A stretch of 63,236 nt of DNA, the filler included, from Dimorphilus gyrociliatus (taxonomy: Eukaryota > Animalia > Annelida): assembly GCA_904063045.1 (NCBI GenBank). It is 4 parts of 4 records of this genome, joined end to end, with 100 filler letters (N's around TTAATTAATTAA, not from the genome) between each part and the next. Parts side by side here need not be neighbours in the genome. Positions count along the whole stretch, not along the records: positions 31,162 to 50,763 come from CAJFCJ010000217.1; 3 more parts are not named here. One strand, 5' to 3'. Shown one piece after another: positions 35,644 through 49,397 of the stretch; positions within the stretch are counted from its first letter, which is position 1, and each line of letters begins with the position of its first letter. The position numbers and the translations under genes are program-made. The notes beneath the pieces are model-generated. The model made no database searches and was not told where the DNA came from. It worked only from the letters and a program-made list of their open reading frames with translations.

Positions 35644-37257
35644 TGTTAAGCTTTGTAAAGCTCCTAGGCCATCAACATACTTAAAAATTGTAGGTTCTAT
35701 TTTTGGAGAGTTAATTTCTAAAGTTTGTAGATTCACAAGCTTATTGACAAGTTTTAAATTCTCAACCATTCCATAAAGTGATAAGTCTTGTAATGTTTGT
35801 ATTTTAATTATCTTTTTTAAGAATTCTGAGGTATAAACATTAAACTTCAATTTTAATGTTTCAAGAACGGGCAGAGATATAATCTGTGACAAGGTATTTG
35901 AGCTACATTCATAACCACCACTTATCTCTAAATATTTTAAACTTTTAGAATTTGCAATTCCTCTACACACAATGCTCTCCATATTCTTCATTTTAATAAT
36001 TAATTTCAACTTAACCAATTTAGTAAATCTTGTAATATCGATTGGATAGTTGTAAAATAAATGCTCTACATTATCAATTTCAAGTTCTTCTATGTTTGGT
36101 GTACATGATTGAACTAAATTAATTCTTTCTATTTTACCATTTCTTAATGTAAGTCTTTTTAAAAACTTCAACCTAACAACCAATTCTCTAAAGTTGCTTA
36201 ATAAAAATGCTCTCTTTATCTCTAAATCCAACACTTTAAGGTAGGTAATAGACGTAATATGATGAATGAATTTCACATTTAGTATTCCAGACGGCTGATC
36301 AATCGTTAATTCTGATAAATCCTTATTGTTTGTTACTTTAGTGAGCTCTGATAACGAAGGAATATTTAATCCTTTCACATTTAATTTATTAAGGTAAACA
36401 TTTTGGTTGTTTATAAACGATAATGTGGTCTTAAATTGTGCATTTTCAAGGAATAATTCTTCGATGCTTTTTACAGTCAAAAGTAATTCTTGAATGTTAT
36501 CTGGTATATAACAAGATTCTAAATCTAAAGATTTTATAAATAATTCATTAAATATAAATGTTATGATTTTAAAAACGTTAATAACTGTACGCTGTTCTCC
36601 GAATTGTTTTAAAAATACACTTCTTGAAACTTTAAAGTGATAATTTTGTTCTCCTTTTAATAATTCAGTATTGTTGCATCTCTTGCCTGTATTAATTACG
36701 AAAATAGTTTCTAGAAGATCATTTTCTTTTCTTTCAATTGAAATATCATATAAATTTAAATATCCATTTAATAACGATATAAGGTAATGTTTAACTTGAC
36801 AAGAATGTATACTTAGCTTAGTTTTAAAACAACTAAAGAATAACTTTCCAATATTTTCACAGAATAAAACCATATATTCATCATATAAAAGTAGTTCATC
36901 TGCTAAAATAACTAATTTTTGTAGTGTTAGGATATTATTTGACGGATTTAGAATAATAGAATTTTCTAGTTCCAATACGTTATTTTCTATTATAGACATC
37001 ATTAGATTAAATGTATCTCTTTCTATTTCAGAATTAATTATTTCATTGAAGTCAAAAGAACAGTTATTCTTTGGAATATAAAATCTTGATAGAATCTCTG
37101 ATTTTTGAAATATAGTAACATCACTACAGTCATATTTTATTTTGCCAACTGTAAATTCGTTATAATAACCACAATCATTATTTTTAAATATTATCTCAAC
37201 AATATTGGTTTTAATAAAACAGAACAAAATAATCAATAATATGTTAAATACTTTCAT
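35644..37257 (-). CDS. Signal-peptide LRR protein (microsporidian-type expanded family); 3' end lost in gap
   Basis: MKVFNILLIILFCFIKT signal; LxxLxL repeats (LKYLEISG, LETLKLKF, LQDLSLYG, LQTLEINS); no introns; CCC directly before the ATG. Confidence 0.85.
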
Positions 37258-37776
37258 AAGGGCTCATTAGTCTTTCGGTATATAAAAGTTTTTTTCTGAT
37301 TAATATTCCATTTTAGTAATTTTTAAAAAATATTTAATTTGGAAATAAAAAGAATTTTTATTCCTCTTTGCTATAAAAATTTGTTTTTAAAATCTCCTCT
37401 AAATGTCAAATTTTTGATGTTTTGAAAAATTTTAAAAATTGTTGAACTTCTATAAATGTTTAATTAGATCAAGAAAAAAACTTATTTCCTTATTTATATA
37501 AGATAGTTTATTGATATAAATAAAAAAAAAGGTATAAAAATAGTTCAATTCTTCTGTTTTCAACAATCTTATTATTTAAGCTGATCAATGAAATTTAGTA
37601 AATCCTAAAAAAAGAATTAATAGCACTTTTTTCTATAATAACAGATTGAATAAGAGAATAAACTATTGTTATGATAATTTATAATACTCGTTAATTATAT
37701 GTTTTATTCTAGACTTTGATAAAATTCTATTTTTAGAATTAATTTACGTATTAAAATGAATATAAAAAACAAATTA

Positions 37777-39686
37777 TGTTGTATACCAATAGGGTTCCTG
37801 ATTCCTTAGAATTCCTACCAAATTACCAAAAATTTTCAAAAATTTACTATTTTAACCCCTATTTTGCGTTTTTCTACGTATAACATTAAGGTTCCTACCA
37901 ACTTACCATGATATTTTTTTCAATAAATAGAAATTTTTGTTTAATTTTTTTCTTTAGCACTGATTCATTAGGATTCCACTAATTTAAAGAAATATTAAAA
38001 AATCTATTTTAATATAAAAACAACAGTTTTAGATGTCTAAAACAAGATTATACTATAGAAATAGTATTGATATGCGTTTTATTAAAATCAAAAGTAGCAA
38101 AATATTTATTTTTTAATTATATCAAACTTGAGAAATTATTGTCCATAATGGTAAAATAAATTAAAAATAACTCGATTGAAGAACGAGACCATTAAGTAGG
38201 ATGCTTAACTAATAGTACAATCCCTAATTTAACCGACAAGACTAAAAGAGCAACTTTTTTAAAGAAGATTAAATATTTAAGATATGTTAATTGCGAAATA
38301 TTTTATACTATTGGTGGTTTAAATAAAGAGGAATTCCTTCTTATGAATTTCTAAAAATAACCTAAATAATACATAGAGCTCATGGCGATGGTCATTCTGG
38401 AGTCACATCGATCAGAAATAGCCTGAGTCAATCATATCTTGGTACAAAGAGTGATGAAATACGAAATTTTGTTTCATCTTGTGAAAAGTACAGCAGAACA
38501 AAAGAACAATGAAGTAAGTACAATCACTAGTATCGTACCAGATTATTTTAGACAGAGAATAATGGTGGATTTAGTTGATTTGTCAAAGTATAGATCAGAC
38601 AATGATGGTTATAGATACCTATTTAATTTCATAAAGACATTTAGCAAATTTACCTTTTCTTTCTTGCAAAAGAGTAAAGTGCAGCAACTTTCAAAGAAAT
38701 TTCAATGATTTTCTCCATAGTGAAGATAAATTTGATATTTTACATTCAGATAACGGAAGAGAGTTTGTAAACCAGGAAGTGGTACCGATATATAGTGAAT
38801 GGGGGGATTGAGATAATTCATGGAAAACCTAGGCATCCTCGATCTCAAGGAAAGACCGAGCGTTTTAGTAGTACTTTGAAAGAATAGATAAGAAGTTCGT
38901 TATGAAATAAAAAACAATAGATATATAGATAGATTAAAAAAACTTTTATTCGAATATAATAACTCACAACACGGAGCTGCTAAATACACTCCTTTTTTCA
39001 TTTATAAAGGAGCGATAAACACACTTAATATTTCAATAATAGAGGCTAACTTGGAAAAAAGTAATATTAGAAACCATATAATACATTTGTTTATGAACAT
39101 AATAATAGAATTAATCAGAGACAAGTGGTTGCAGGGGAAACAGTATTACTATCTAAACACTTTGACATGAATATTGAAACATGAAGAAACACGTTGGAAT
39201 CATTATATTATCGAGAAATATATACTTTAGTAACATTGAAAGACAACGTTGCTTCAATTGTGTGTGAAGAGGTAGAGAAATTTGTTCATGTTAACAGATT
39301 AAAAAGATATATTTCTCGAAATAACCAAAATTAAAACTTTTATTTATAATAATATCTTACTACTTTTAATTTTAATAAAACGTATATCAATACTATTTCT
39401 ATAATATACTCTTGTTTTATGTATCTAAAACTGTTATTTTTTTATTAAAATAGAATTTTTAAAATTTCTTTTAAATTAGTGTAATCTTAATGAATCAGTG
39501 TTGAAGAAAAAAAAATTTTAACTAAAAATTCCTATTTGTTGAAAAAAATATCATGGTAAATTGGTAGGAATCCTAATGGTATACGTAGAAAAACACAAAA
39601 TAGGGGCTAAAATAATAAATTTTTGAAAATTTTATGGTAATTTGGTAGGAATCCTAATGAATCAGGAACCCTATTGGTATACAACA
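37777..39686 (+). mobile_element. Ginger-like DNA transposon: Gypsy-type integrase between ~320-bp TIRs; ORF degraded
   Basis: TIRs 37777-38097 and 39360-39686 with TGTTGTATACC...GGTATACAACA ends; HGDGHSG zinc finger, RQRIMVDLVDLS, HSDNGREF, HPRSQGKTER. Flanks ATTA and GCTA are not a perfect 4-bp TSD. Confidence 0.85.
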
Positions 39687-39898
39687 GCTATTAATTAGAA
39701 TTGTAAATTTTATTAAATCAAAATAAATTTCTTGTCTTTTGCTAGGTTTGGTTATTTAACTTTTTTTAAAAAAATAAAGAATAATCAATTATTCGTAATA
39801 AGAACATTCAGAAATTTTATATTATTGTTAACCAATCAAAGAAGGGTTAAGCTATTAAGGAGTATATCAAAAATAAATATTTTTAAATTTCCCCTTTT

Positions 39899-41690
39899 AT
39901 GAAAAGTTACAAAAGATGTTTGTTCTTGTTCTTTATATTTGTTATAAGTTTATAGAATGTACTCAGAACAACTCAATAATAGAATTAACGTTCAGTGATA
40001 ATGAAAAACAGAGCTTAAAAAAATTTTCAAAAATTTTATTCAGTCTTATGGAAAAACTAGATATCTTTTTTTTTTAAATTTGATGAATCTACGACTAACA
40101 GTATATTCAAATCTAATATAAAAGCTTATGGAGCAATTGATAGTATATTAGATGATACAGATAAACTAACTAAACTTAGAGATATAATGGTAGGATTTTC
40201 TAAGAAATTAGAATTAAAGAACAAGACAACATTTTTAAGATAAAAGATTATGTTAGTCTAATGTTATATGATTACATGGTAAAAGATAAAGAGTATTCAG
40301 TGGAAGAGATAGAAAGCATTATAGAAACAGCTAAATCATACATAAATGAAGTCTTAGAGCGTCCTTTAAAGAGTTTAAAGCGTGTTTATACGCTAAAAAA
40401 ATTACAATCATTGGATTTATCAAGTTGTAATCTTAAGGATGATAGTTTAGGTGGATTAGATGGTCTGGAGAATATTAGAATATTAACTATATCAGGTAAT
40501 AAAGATATAACCAAAAAAGGATTTGATAAGCTATCTGTTCTTAAACATCTCGAATGTGTATTTTTGTATAGGTGTAATATTCAAGGGAATGGAGATCTAG
40601 AAGTGTTAGGGGAACTACCTAACCTCCAGAAACTCTTTTTTGACTTTAGTAAAAACATGAATAGTAGTAATATTGACTCAATCTGCAAAGCTACTCAGTT
40701 AACGGACTTAGTGTTGACTAATTGTGATCTGAAAGGTGATATACTAAAAAATAGACTAAAAAATCTAAAAAAATAGAAGCTTTAGATATTTCTCTTACTG
40801 AAAATGCAGATAAAGAATTACTTGAAGAAATTTTTGATAATCTCACGCAACTCAAAGATTTAAATATATCATTTTGTGTTGATATAAAACCAGGATCATT
40901 TGAATTAATACATAATCTAAAAATTAGTAAGTTTAAACGTAAAACATATAAAAAATCTCAATGAAGCAGATTTATCAAATATATTTAATCTGAAAATGCT
41001 TGAGTCTCTTAATTTATCTTACTGTGAACTAAAAATGGGATCTTTAAAAGGAATAGAAAAGATAGAAGATTTAACAGAACTGTACGCAAGCAAAACGAGA
41101 TTTCCAAGGATGATACAGATTCTTTATTTGAACTAGAAAAGTTAGAGATTTTGAAAATGGATGACTGCGAGTTTGCAGAAGGCAGTTTAAAAGATATAAA
41201 AAATTTAAAAAAGTTAAAGTTTTATATTTGAATTCGTGCACAGCCATAGGAAGTGAAGAAATAAAGAAATATCACAACTAAGTAAACTAGAAGAACTAGA
41301 GATAATTTCATGTGAACTCAAAGCTGGGGTCTTAAGCAATGGGTCGGAGCATTAAATAATCTAAGAAAACTTAGTATTAGATTCAACACAAACCTTTCAA
41401 ATAGTGATATGTCAGAAATTTTCAATTTAAAGAATCTAGAACATCTTTCAATGCTTGGATGTGATTTAAATTCTAATCAACTCATAGGAATTCATTCACT
41501 TGAAAAGCTAAGAATCTTAGAAATATCAGGCAATCAAAGTCTAACTAAACAAGACTATATAGGAATTATTAAACTACCCAACCTATACAGATTATATGTT
41601 GATGAATATTTTTATTCTATAATGGTATAGAAGACATAAAAAACGAACTTAAAGAAAGACGGATTCTTAAATAGATACACATATAAATCA
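39899..41690 (+). pseudogene. Signal-peptide LRR gene, frameshifted
   Basis: MKSYKRCLFLFFIFVISL start after CCCC; LRR ORFs 40261-40776 and 41409-41630 joined by shifted LRR fragments. Confidence 0.8.
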
Positions 41691-42152
41691 TGGCTTAAAA
41701 CAAACTTTTAGGTCGATAATTAAAAGAATTATCTATACCTTTTAAAATATAAAGTTGCTTTTTACTCCTTTTAATACAGTTATTCCTACGTCTTTTTAGG
41801 CTTAATACACTATTCTCTATGTATGTGGCATATATATAAAAATCCAAGTTAAATAGCGTATTGAGGAAATTTACATTTTTTCGAAATTAAAATGTCCTTT
41901 GTATTGGCTATCTTTATTATAAATGAAATATTTAAATATAATATTTTATTTATAACCCTCTGCACTTTAACCAAAAACAGGAATTTTTGAAAAGTTAACT
42001 TGAGTAATTAAACAAGATGATTAAATTTACAAAAAGTAAATATTATATAATAGCGATAGATTCTATAAAAAGACTGGAATTTATTACTTTATAACAAAAT
42101 AGAGAGAATCTCTTCAAATAAAGATATAAACATAACTTATCATACCCTTATT

Positions 42153-43087
42153 ATGGGAAGACATTGACCTGACCATGAAAAAAGTGAGACTTTCGACTTA
42201 AAATAAGTTGTGTTCTCGTTGAAGAAAATAGGATAAAATGTCAACGAATCAACTTCAACGATATGATTATTTTTTAAAACTTTTTTTGAGAGAAATGGTA
42301 TTGGGATAAAGCTTTTTCCTGGTCGGAAAGCAGTTGAATACCTGTTCAACTACTAAAACCAAGAATTTGGTGATGTCAGGTCAAAAAAACGTAGCTAAAC
42401 TCCTGTAGATACTTCCCCAATGACAATTAGAAGAAGTCTAAATTAAATTGAAATGTTTGAAAGAGTGTCAGCAATCCTCCTTTTTTGGCTATAACTCCAA
42501 AATTATTATATTAAATTAGGTATATAAAAATTTAAAATAGATTAAAGTAATTCGGAGTGATGAAAGTCAATTTAAGGTTTTTGAATCTGATGGAAGACAA
42601 TATGTATGGAGATAAATTTAAACCCTGCTTCTTAGTTCAAAGGCAGAACTATTATGGACGAGAAAATTTTATGGTAAAACCATTTGAAAAGCGTTTTTGT
42701 TTATCTAAAATTTAATTCTGCAGACTATATAGATCTTATTAATAAGAATTTGTATGACTACATATTAAATAAAAGTGATTCACGGTACATTTTCCAACAG
42801 GATAATACACCACTTCATGCTTGCATAAAAAGTATAGATTCTTTTAAAGAAGAAAGTTGAATTGATGAACTGGCCACCAATGCCCCCAGATTTAAATCCG
42901 ATGGAGAATATATGGGTCATAAAAATCAAAATATTAAAATATACACAAAAAGAACATGAAAGAACTAAAGGCTATAATAGAGAAAGTTTGAAGAGAAATC
43001 CCCATTTTTTTGAAAAAATTAATCGATGGTATTCATAATAGATGTTTAGATGTTAGTAGGGAGAATAACAGCCATATTAGATTATAG
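42153..43087 (+). mobile_element. Heavily degraded Tc1 transposase
   Basis: SDESQFKVFESDGRQYVW, FQQDNTPLH, WPPMPPDLNPMENIW; CCC before the ATG. Confidence 0.8.
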
Positions 43088-45099
43088 CTAAGCAACTAAC
43101 GGTAACTCTAGTTATTTTATTGATTGATTTTCCATCAAAACAACCTATACCTCCCTTATTGAATAAACCCTTCCCAATATTTACATTAACTTAAGAACTT
43201 TTAATTTATCTTTGGTTTTTTGTATATTCATCAAAGAGCATCAAAATAAAAACTTAGTTTTTTGAATACTAGTGTATATAAACTAATTTTATGCATTAGA
43301 GTTGTTCATTAATTAAAGATAGGATGATTAGCCTGAAAACAGGATCCATACATACTAATAAACCTCAAGAATAAAATTCAGTTTATAAAATATCAGCAGA
43401 GAACGCTAAACTTTAAAAATACAATACGAATTAGCCTAAATTTGAATCTAACAGACCTCAGACTTTGATACAAAACTTTATCAATAATTAAATATTTATG
43501 AAAAATGATAGAATGATCTCTAGTCATAAAATAATTGTAAATTTAAAAACTAACACCAAAGTGCCTATTCTCATAGGATAATTAGAGGTGTTCTCACAAG
43601 AAAAGAGGCTAAGACTTTTATAGGAGTGAAAAATTCTATTCATTTAAAAGGTGCTGAAAATTGCTGAAAATTATCCTTATTTAGGGGAAACATTGGAAAA
43701 GAGATGCTTTTTAATAATAAAACGACATTTTTTTATTATAAAAACTCTATTAAATGCTGTATTTAGTAGAATTTAATAGTAAGAGACTGTTTTAGCTCTA
43801 AAGGTCTACAAAGGTTAAATTTTGCTGATGTAGTTATAGATGCAATATAGTATATAGGTAAGCTAATTGGTATTTTACAATCGACAGGAGAAAGGTTTGG
43901 AGTAAAACCCCCAAACGAGCCTATTACCAATGTTTATATGTTAGAATAGACACAAACTTCTTCTTTTTCTGCTGCTTTATCGTGTAAATATATTTTTTTA
44001 TTTACTGATTGAAAACAAGAGTCAAAAAGCATATATTTCTGAAATGATATAATAAGCTATGTATTTTAACGAATAAGAGGGGGATAAAATGGGTGCTCAA
44101 AATAAAAGATACAAAATTCTTTATTATTTTCAAACTTTCACCTTCTGTTACCATATCATAGATAATAGATTTTCTCTATTAATATGTTGGAGAAAACAAT
44201 CCTAAAAAATGAGATTTAACTATAAATAAACATTTAAGATGTAGACTAAGAACAGTGTATATAATAGTTTTTTAATTCGTCCTTATTTCATTGTTATTGA
44301 CTTAATTATATTCTTATACATACTGTATTTACAACACGAAATCATTTATAAAAGATATATGGGCAACACGAAGTTCATATATCTGACGTTAAACTGATTT
44401 ATATTATAATTAAATATAAAATCATCAATTGAACGAGACTTGAAGACATATAGACTTAAAATTATATGTTTAGATGGGGTGTATGTGCTTTATATCATAT
44501 AAAAATCTAAATTAAGTATTTGCGGAAATAGCAGTTTAACGTCATCTTTGTAATTTTGCCTATAGTATTAAATTTTAGCTATAAAAAATAGATTTAGTAA
44601 AAATATTGAGTATAAAAATTCCAGAATTAGAATATATCCTAAACCATTTTTTATTATGGATTCTTTATATTACAAATTTTTTATGTTATAAAAAAGGTTA
44701 AAGGCCGCGTGTTAAAGATAAATAAGAATTTAGAACCGGCCTTTATGTTTAAAAATACATTTATTTTAATTTTTTTGTCTATAATTAAGTTTATTAATTC
44801 TATTAGAAACAATAATATTTCATCACAATTACCTAAATATAAAAATCATAAATAATATGGCTTAGAAAGACTATCTAAAAAATATATTCAACCTTATGAA
44901 GATTATGGAATATCCCCCCTATTTTTAGTACACAAATGACTACAGGAAAATTTAAGTACACAGCTAAAATTTATAGTGCAACAGATACTACATTATATGA
45001 TATAGACAAACTAACTAAACTAATAAAATGAACATTTTTTCCCAGAGTTTAACTAAGTCTGATATAAAAAAATTCTAACAGTAAAAACTTGGTCAACTA

Positions 45100-46520
45100 A
45101 AAATTATATGATTTAATGATAAAAGATGAAGGATTCTAACCAGAAGGGATTAGAAGAATAATTAGACTCGTTATATTTTACATTAAAGAAGCCAATAAAC
45201 GCTAGAATACGAATTTTAGGCGTATACTACAAATGTCATGTCTTGAAATTTTTCGATTATCGAACTTAGTCTTACAGATTATAATTTATATTGACTTTAG
45301 GATCTTCAAAGTTTGAAAACACTGGATATATCAGGTAATATAAGTATAACTAAAAGGAGGCTTGGTGATTTATCTAATTTTAGATGTCTTGAAAATTTTA
45401 TACTCAATTAGCAAAATTTAATCATCTCAAAGTTTTAGATTTAAGATAAGGGGATCTTAATGCTGATAGTCTTGATTCTATTTCTAATGCTACTAAATTA
45501 TTAAAATTAAAGTTATAATATTGTAATTTAAAGGGCGAGATATTAAAAACAGACTAAGGAAGTTTAAAAGTTTAGAGAAAGTGTATTTTTTAAATACTTG
45601 AGAATTGATAAAGAGTTATCGATAGAGATTCTCTGAAAATCTCACAGAACTTAAATATTTTAACTTGTTTTGATATCTGAAGGCTTTGGTTTAATTTATA
45701 AGCTCTATGATTAAAAACTTTAAACTTAAACGGCACCAAAAATATTCCAAAGGATAATTTAGGGTATATAATCCAATTAAAGGATTTTGAACACCTCGAC
45801 TTGCCCTTTTGTAATTTAGAAGTTTGTTCAACATATTGAGTGCGAAAATTAGAATCTTTAACAATATTAAAGCATGATTATAATAGATTTTAAAACAAGG
45901 CACAACCTTAATTTTCGAACTAAAAAAACTGAGAATTTTAAAATTTACTAATAACCAACTTGGGAAAGACAATTTAAGAAGTATTTTAAATTTAGTAAAA
46001 TTATGAGAATTATGCCTAGAAAAGTGTACAGATCTTAGTAGGAATAAAATGAGAGAAATATCACAGCTAAGGTAAGGTAGCTTAAAAACTCCCTATCTTC
46101 ATATGATCTTAAACCTGGAGTTTTATGTAGCGGATTGCCCAAGCTAAATGGAATGGAACAGCTTTTTGTAAACAACAATCTAAGTCTTGACCAAAGTGAT
46201 ATTTTAGAGATTTTAAGTCTAAAAAATTCTTAAAATTGGGGTTGTTTAACTTCGGTGCTGGTGTGTTTAGCTATATAAAAGTAAAGTTTTATAACAGCGA
46301 AAAATTATATATAGAGAGAATCAAGAGTCTAATAAAAAAGAGATGGAAGAGATTTTTTAAAGGAATTCCAAGACTAAAGAAATTAAAGAAATTAATAATA
46401 ATAATGAATAAGAAATTAGTAAATTGCCTATATTAAAAAAATTACTTGTTGATCATTCATTTTATCTAAAAGGTGTTGTGGTAGAAATAATAAACAAACT
46501 GAATAGAAAAAGAGTACAGC
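45100..46520 (+). pseudogene. LRR pseudogene paralogous to 39899-41690
   Basis: LKTLDISGN, SISNATKLLKL..YCNLKGEILKNRL versus SICKATQLTDLVLTNCDLKGDILKNRL. Boundaries approximate. Confidence 0.7.
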
Positions 46521-47199
46521 ACGATGAACTGGCTGTTAATAAATTGAATGTAATAAATTGAATGTTATATCTTATAAGAAATTTGTCTCTCTTGTTTTTA
46601 AATCTTTACTAAAAAAGAAAGACTTACAGTGATTAAAAACTTTACTAACAAAATGCTTTTTATTGACAAAATAAGTAGTAAATTCTACTCCATAGCATCT
46701 TTAATAACCTTTAAATATTGTAAAGTTTTAAAAGACTGATATAATGAAAAAATATTTTTATATCTTTTGACAGTTACAGGAAATTTAAAATCAAAGAATT
46801 TGGTAGTAGGTGGTTAGGTATTAAAAAACAGTCTTAAATAAAAAAAAGTGTATTCTGCAATTATAATAGTTAGGTAGAAAGGATTTTTAAATATGAAATC
46901 GGACAATTAAGCTTGCTTTACAGTAAAACTACAAAATGAATTTTTTAATATCTAGAATAACAAAATCCAGTTGGAGCCACATAAAATATGCATTAAACTA
47001 GTAGTAATATAATAAACATCAGCCTTTATAGCTATATTAATTATTATTTATTTCTAGAGAAGAAATTCTTTTCCAGAAGTTTTTGACAGATGCGATTTTT
47101 TGAAACAGAAAAATATATTTAGCATGGTTTAAATTTGAGCATATAGTAAATTTCCCCAAAATATTCTTATAACCAATGTTTTTATTATCAATAATGTAA

Positions 47200-47883
47200 T
47201 AGAGGGACTAAATAGTTCTTCGTATACATTAAACAGCAAATAAAAATTACACAGTAAATAAAAATTATACAACAAATAAAGATAATTATTTAGAAATGGA
47301 TAATCAGTAATATTGAAATTTAAAGTACAAATATCTTCTCGTGATATTTAAATAGAAAAGACTTAAAAAGCAACTATAGAATACCTAATACAAGTATACC
47401 TTTAAAGCTCATTTATGATAAAAATATATTCTTTTTTAGTAGGTCGTTAAATTTCAGTTTAAAGTGAGATTTTTTATGTTCTTCAATCCTTTCTGAGATT
47501 TTAGTGCTGTTACTTCCTATGATGGATTATATAAATTAAAAAAACTTTGAATTACATTAAATTTCAAAATAAATTCCTAGATTTATCTAACATCATGTAT
47601 TTTTAAAAACTAAAACAACTGTCTATTATCTAATACAAAGCATCCTATCTCAGTATAAGATCAGATGTAGAGTTAATAAAAAATAATGTATTCTTATTTT
47701 TGGCCTCAAATAGTCATTTAATTTACTCGTCAACAAATATAAAGGCTATTGAACTAATTGGAATCCGTTTACTTTTAAAACTATTAAAAATTTGACTTCC
47801 CAGACTCAAAAATGTTTATAAAAGCATATTAAGTCAAATTAGTATAGAAAGTATCATTATACTTACTTTTGATATCAATAAGA
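47200..47883 (+). pseudogene. Further LRR-gene remnant interrupted by Tc1
   Basis: Scattered LxxLxI fragments near 47580-47640 in shifting frames. Boundaries approximate. Confidence 0.3.
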
Positions 47884-47885
47884 TA

Positions 47886-49384
47886 CAGTTGGGGACAAAA
47901 AAAATGGCTCAAACATAAAACTCCTAAAAACTAGATTATTTGTTTTTTTCAGTTAAAACTCATTTAGTGGAGTTATACTCAATTGGTATAATAAACATTA
48001 ATTCATAATTGTAATTTTTATTAAATGTTTATTAAATAGTTTTTTCTATAATTTTATATTTTTCTTTCAATGATGGGACAAAAAAAATGGCTCAAAATTT
48101 TTTTTTTCAAACCTGACAAGTTTCCCTCCATATTAGTATAAAAAATCGCAAAAACATAATCCCTTTATGGGTAAACACTATGATAAAATCACTATAGGTA
48201 AGATAATTGGGTATTTTGATAATAATTTAAATCAGAGAGAAATAAGTAAGAAGTTGGGTATACCACAAAAAACTATATCAAATATACTCAAAAGAGAGTC
48301 TAATGGACAGGGAGTAATAGAAAAATAGGCTCAGGGCGACCCAAACTTCTTTGCTATCAAGATTTTAACATTATAAAGAAATCACTAAAAAAATTCACTT
48401 ATTTCAGTTCCAAAAATAACTAAAATCTTATCAGAAGAAAGGAATATTAGCCATAGTACCAAAACAGTAAGTCGTTTTTTGAAAGATCAAGATTATATAG
48501 CTAAAACATCTATCAAAAAACCTTTTTTGAGCCCTTTACACAAATTAAAAGATTTGACCAGGCGAAAAATTGGCTATTTAATGGAAAAGAATAGTGGAAT
48601 GACGTGATTTTTAGCGATGAAGCTTCATTTTCTCTTTTAAATGATGCGGGAGCTTTTAAAGTCTGGCAAAACAATACAACAGCGCCTTTTATTAATTAAA
48701 CTAAAAAATTCAGTTTTAAAAAGTTAATGGTATGGGGGTGTATGTCATATAATGGTGTGGGTATATTAGAATTTATTAATGGTACAATGGACGCCCCTTA
48801 TTATGTATCTATTCCAGCTTCGAATCTTCCTGCCAGCCTGAGAAAAACGGGACTTTCTACTTTTAAATTTCAGCAGGATAATGATCCTAAGCACAAAAGT
48901 GCACTAGCCATGGAATATTTTGAACAAAAGGATATTGAAGTTCTACCGTGTGTTCTCAAAGTCCTGACTGAATCTTATAGAAACAATTTGGGCTATTATG
49001 AAGCATCGTCTGAGAGGAAAATCGTTTCCCGATTTGAACTCTTTAAAGAGGAATTAACATCAATTTGGAACTCAATACCTCATGAAACATGTAGAAAATT
49101 AGTAGAAGGAATGCCAAACAGGCTTAAAGATGTGATAAGAAGCAAAGGAGGCCATATATCTTATTAAAAAACTTTGAGCCATTTTTTTTGTCCCATCACT
49201 GAAAGAAAAATATAAAATTATAAAAAAAACTATTTAATAAACGTTTAATAAAAAATTAAAATTATGGATTAATGTTTATTATACTAATTGAGTATGACTC
49301 CACTAAATGAGTTTTAACTGAAAAAGATAAATAATCTAGTTTTTGGGAGTTTTATGTTTGAGCCATTTTTTTTGTCCCCAACTG
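47886..49384 (+). mobile_element. Full-length Tc1 element with ~210-bp IR/DR TIRs and TA target duplication; transposase disrupted
   Basis: TA|CAGTTGGGGACAAAAAAAATGGCTCAAA...TTTGAGCCATTTTTTTTGTCCCCAACTG|TA; inner repeats at ~48075-48096 and ~49173-49194; FSDEASF, VMVWG, QQDNDPKH. Confidence 0.95.
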
Positions 49385-49397
49385 TAAATGTTACTTT

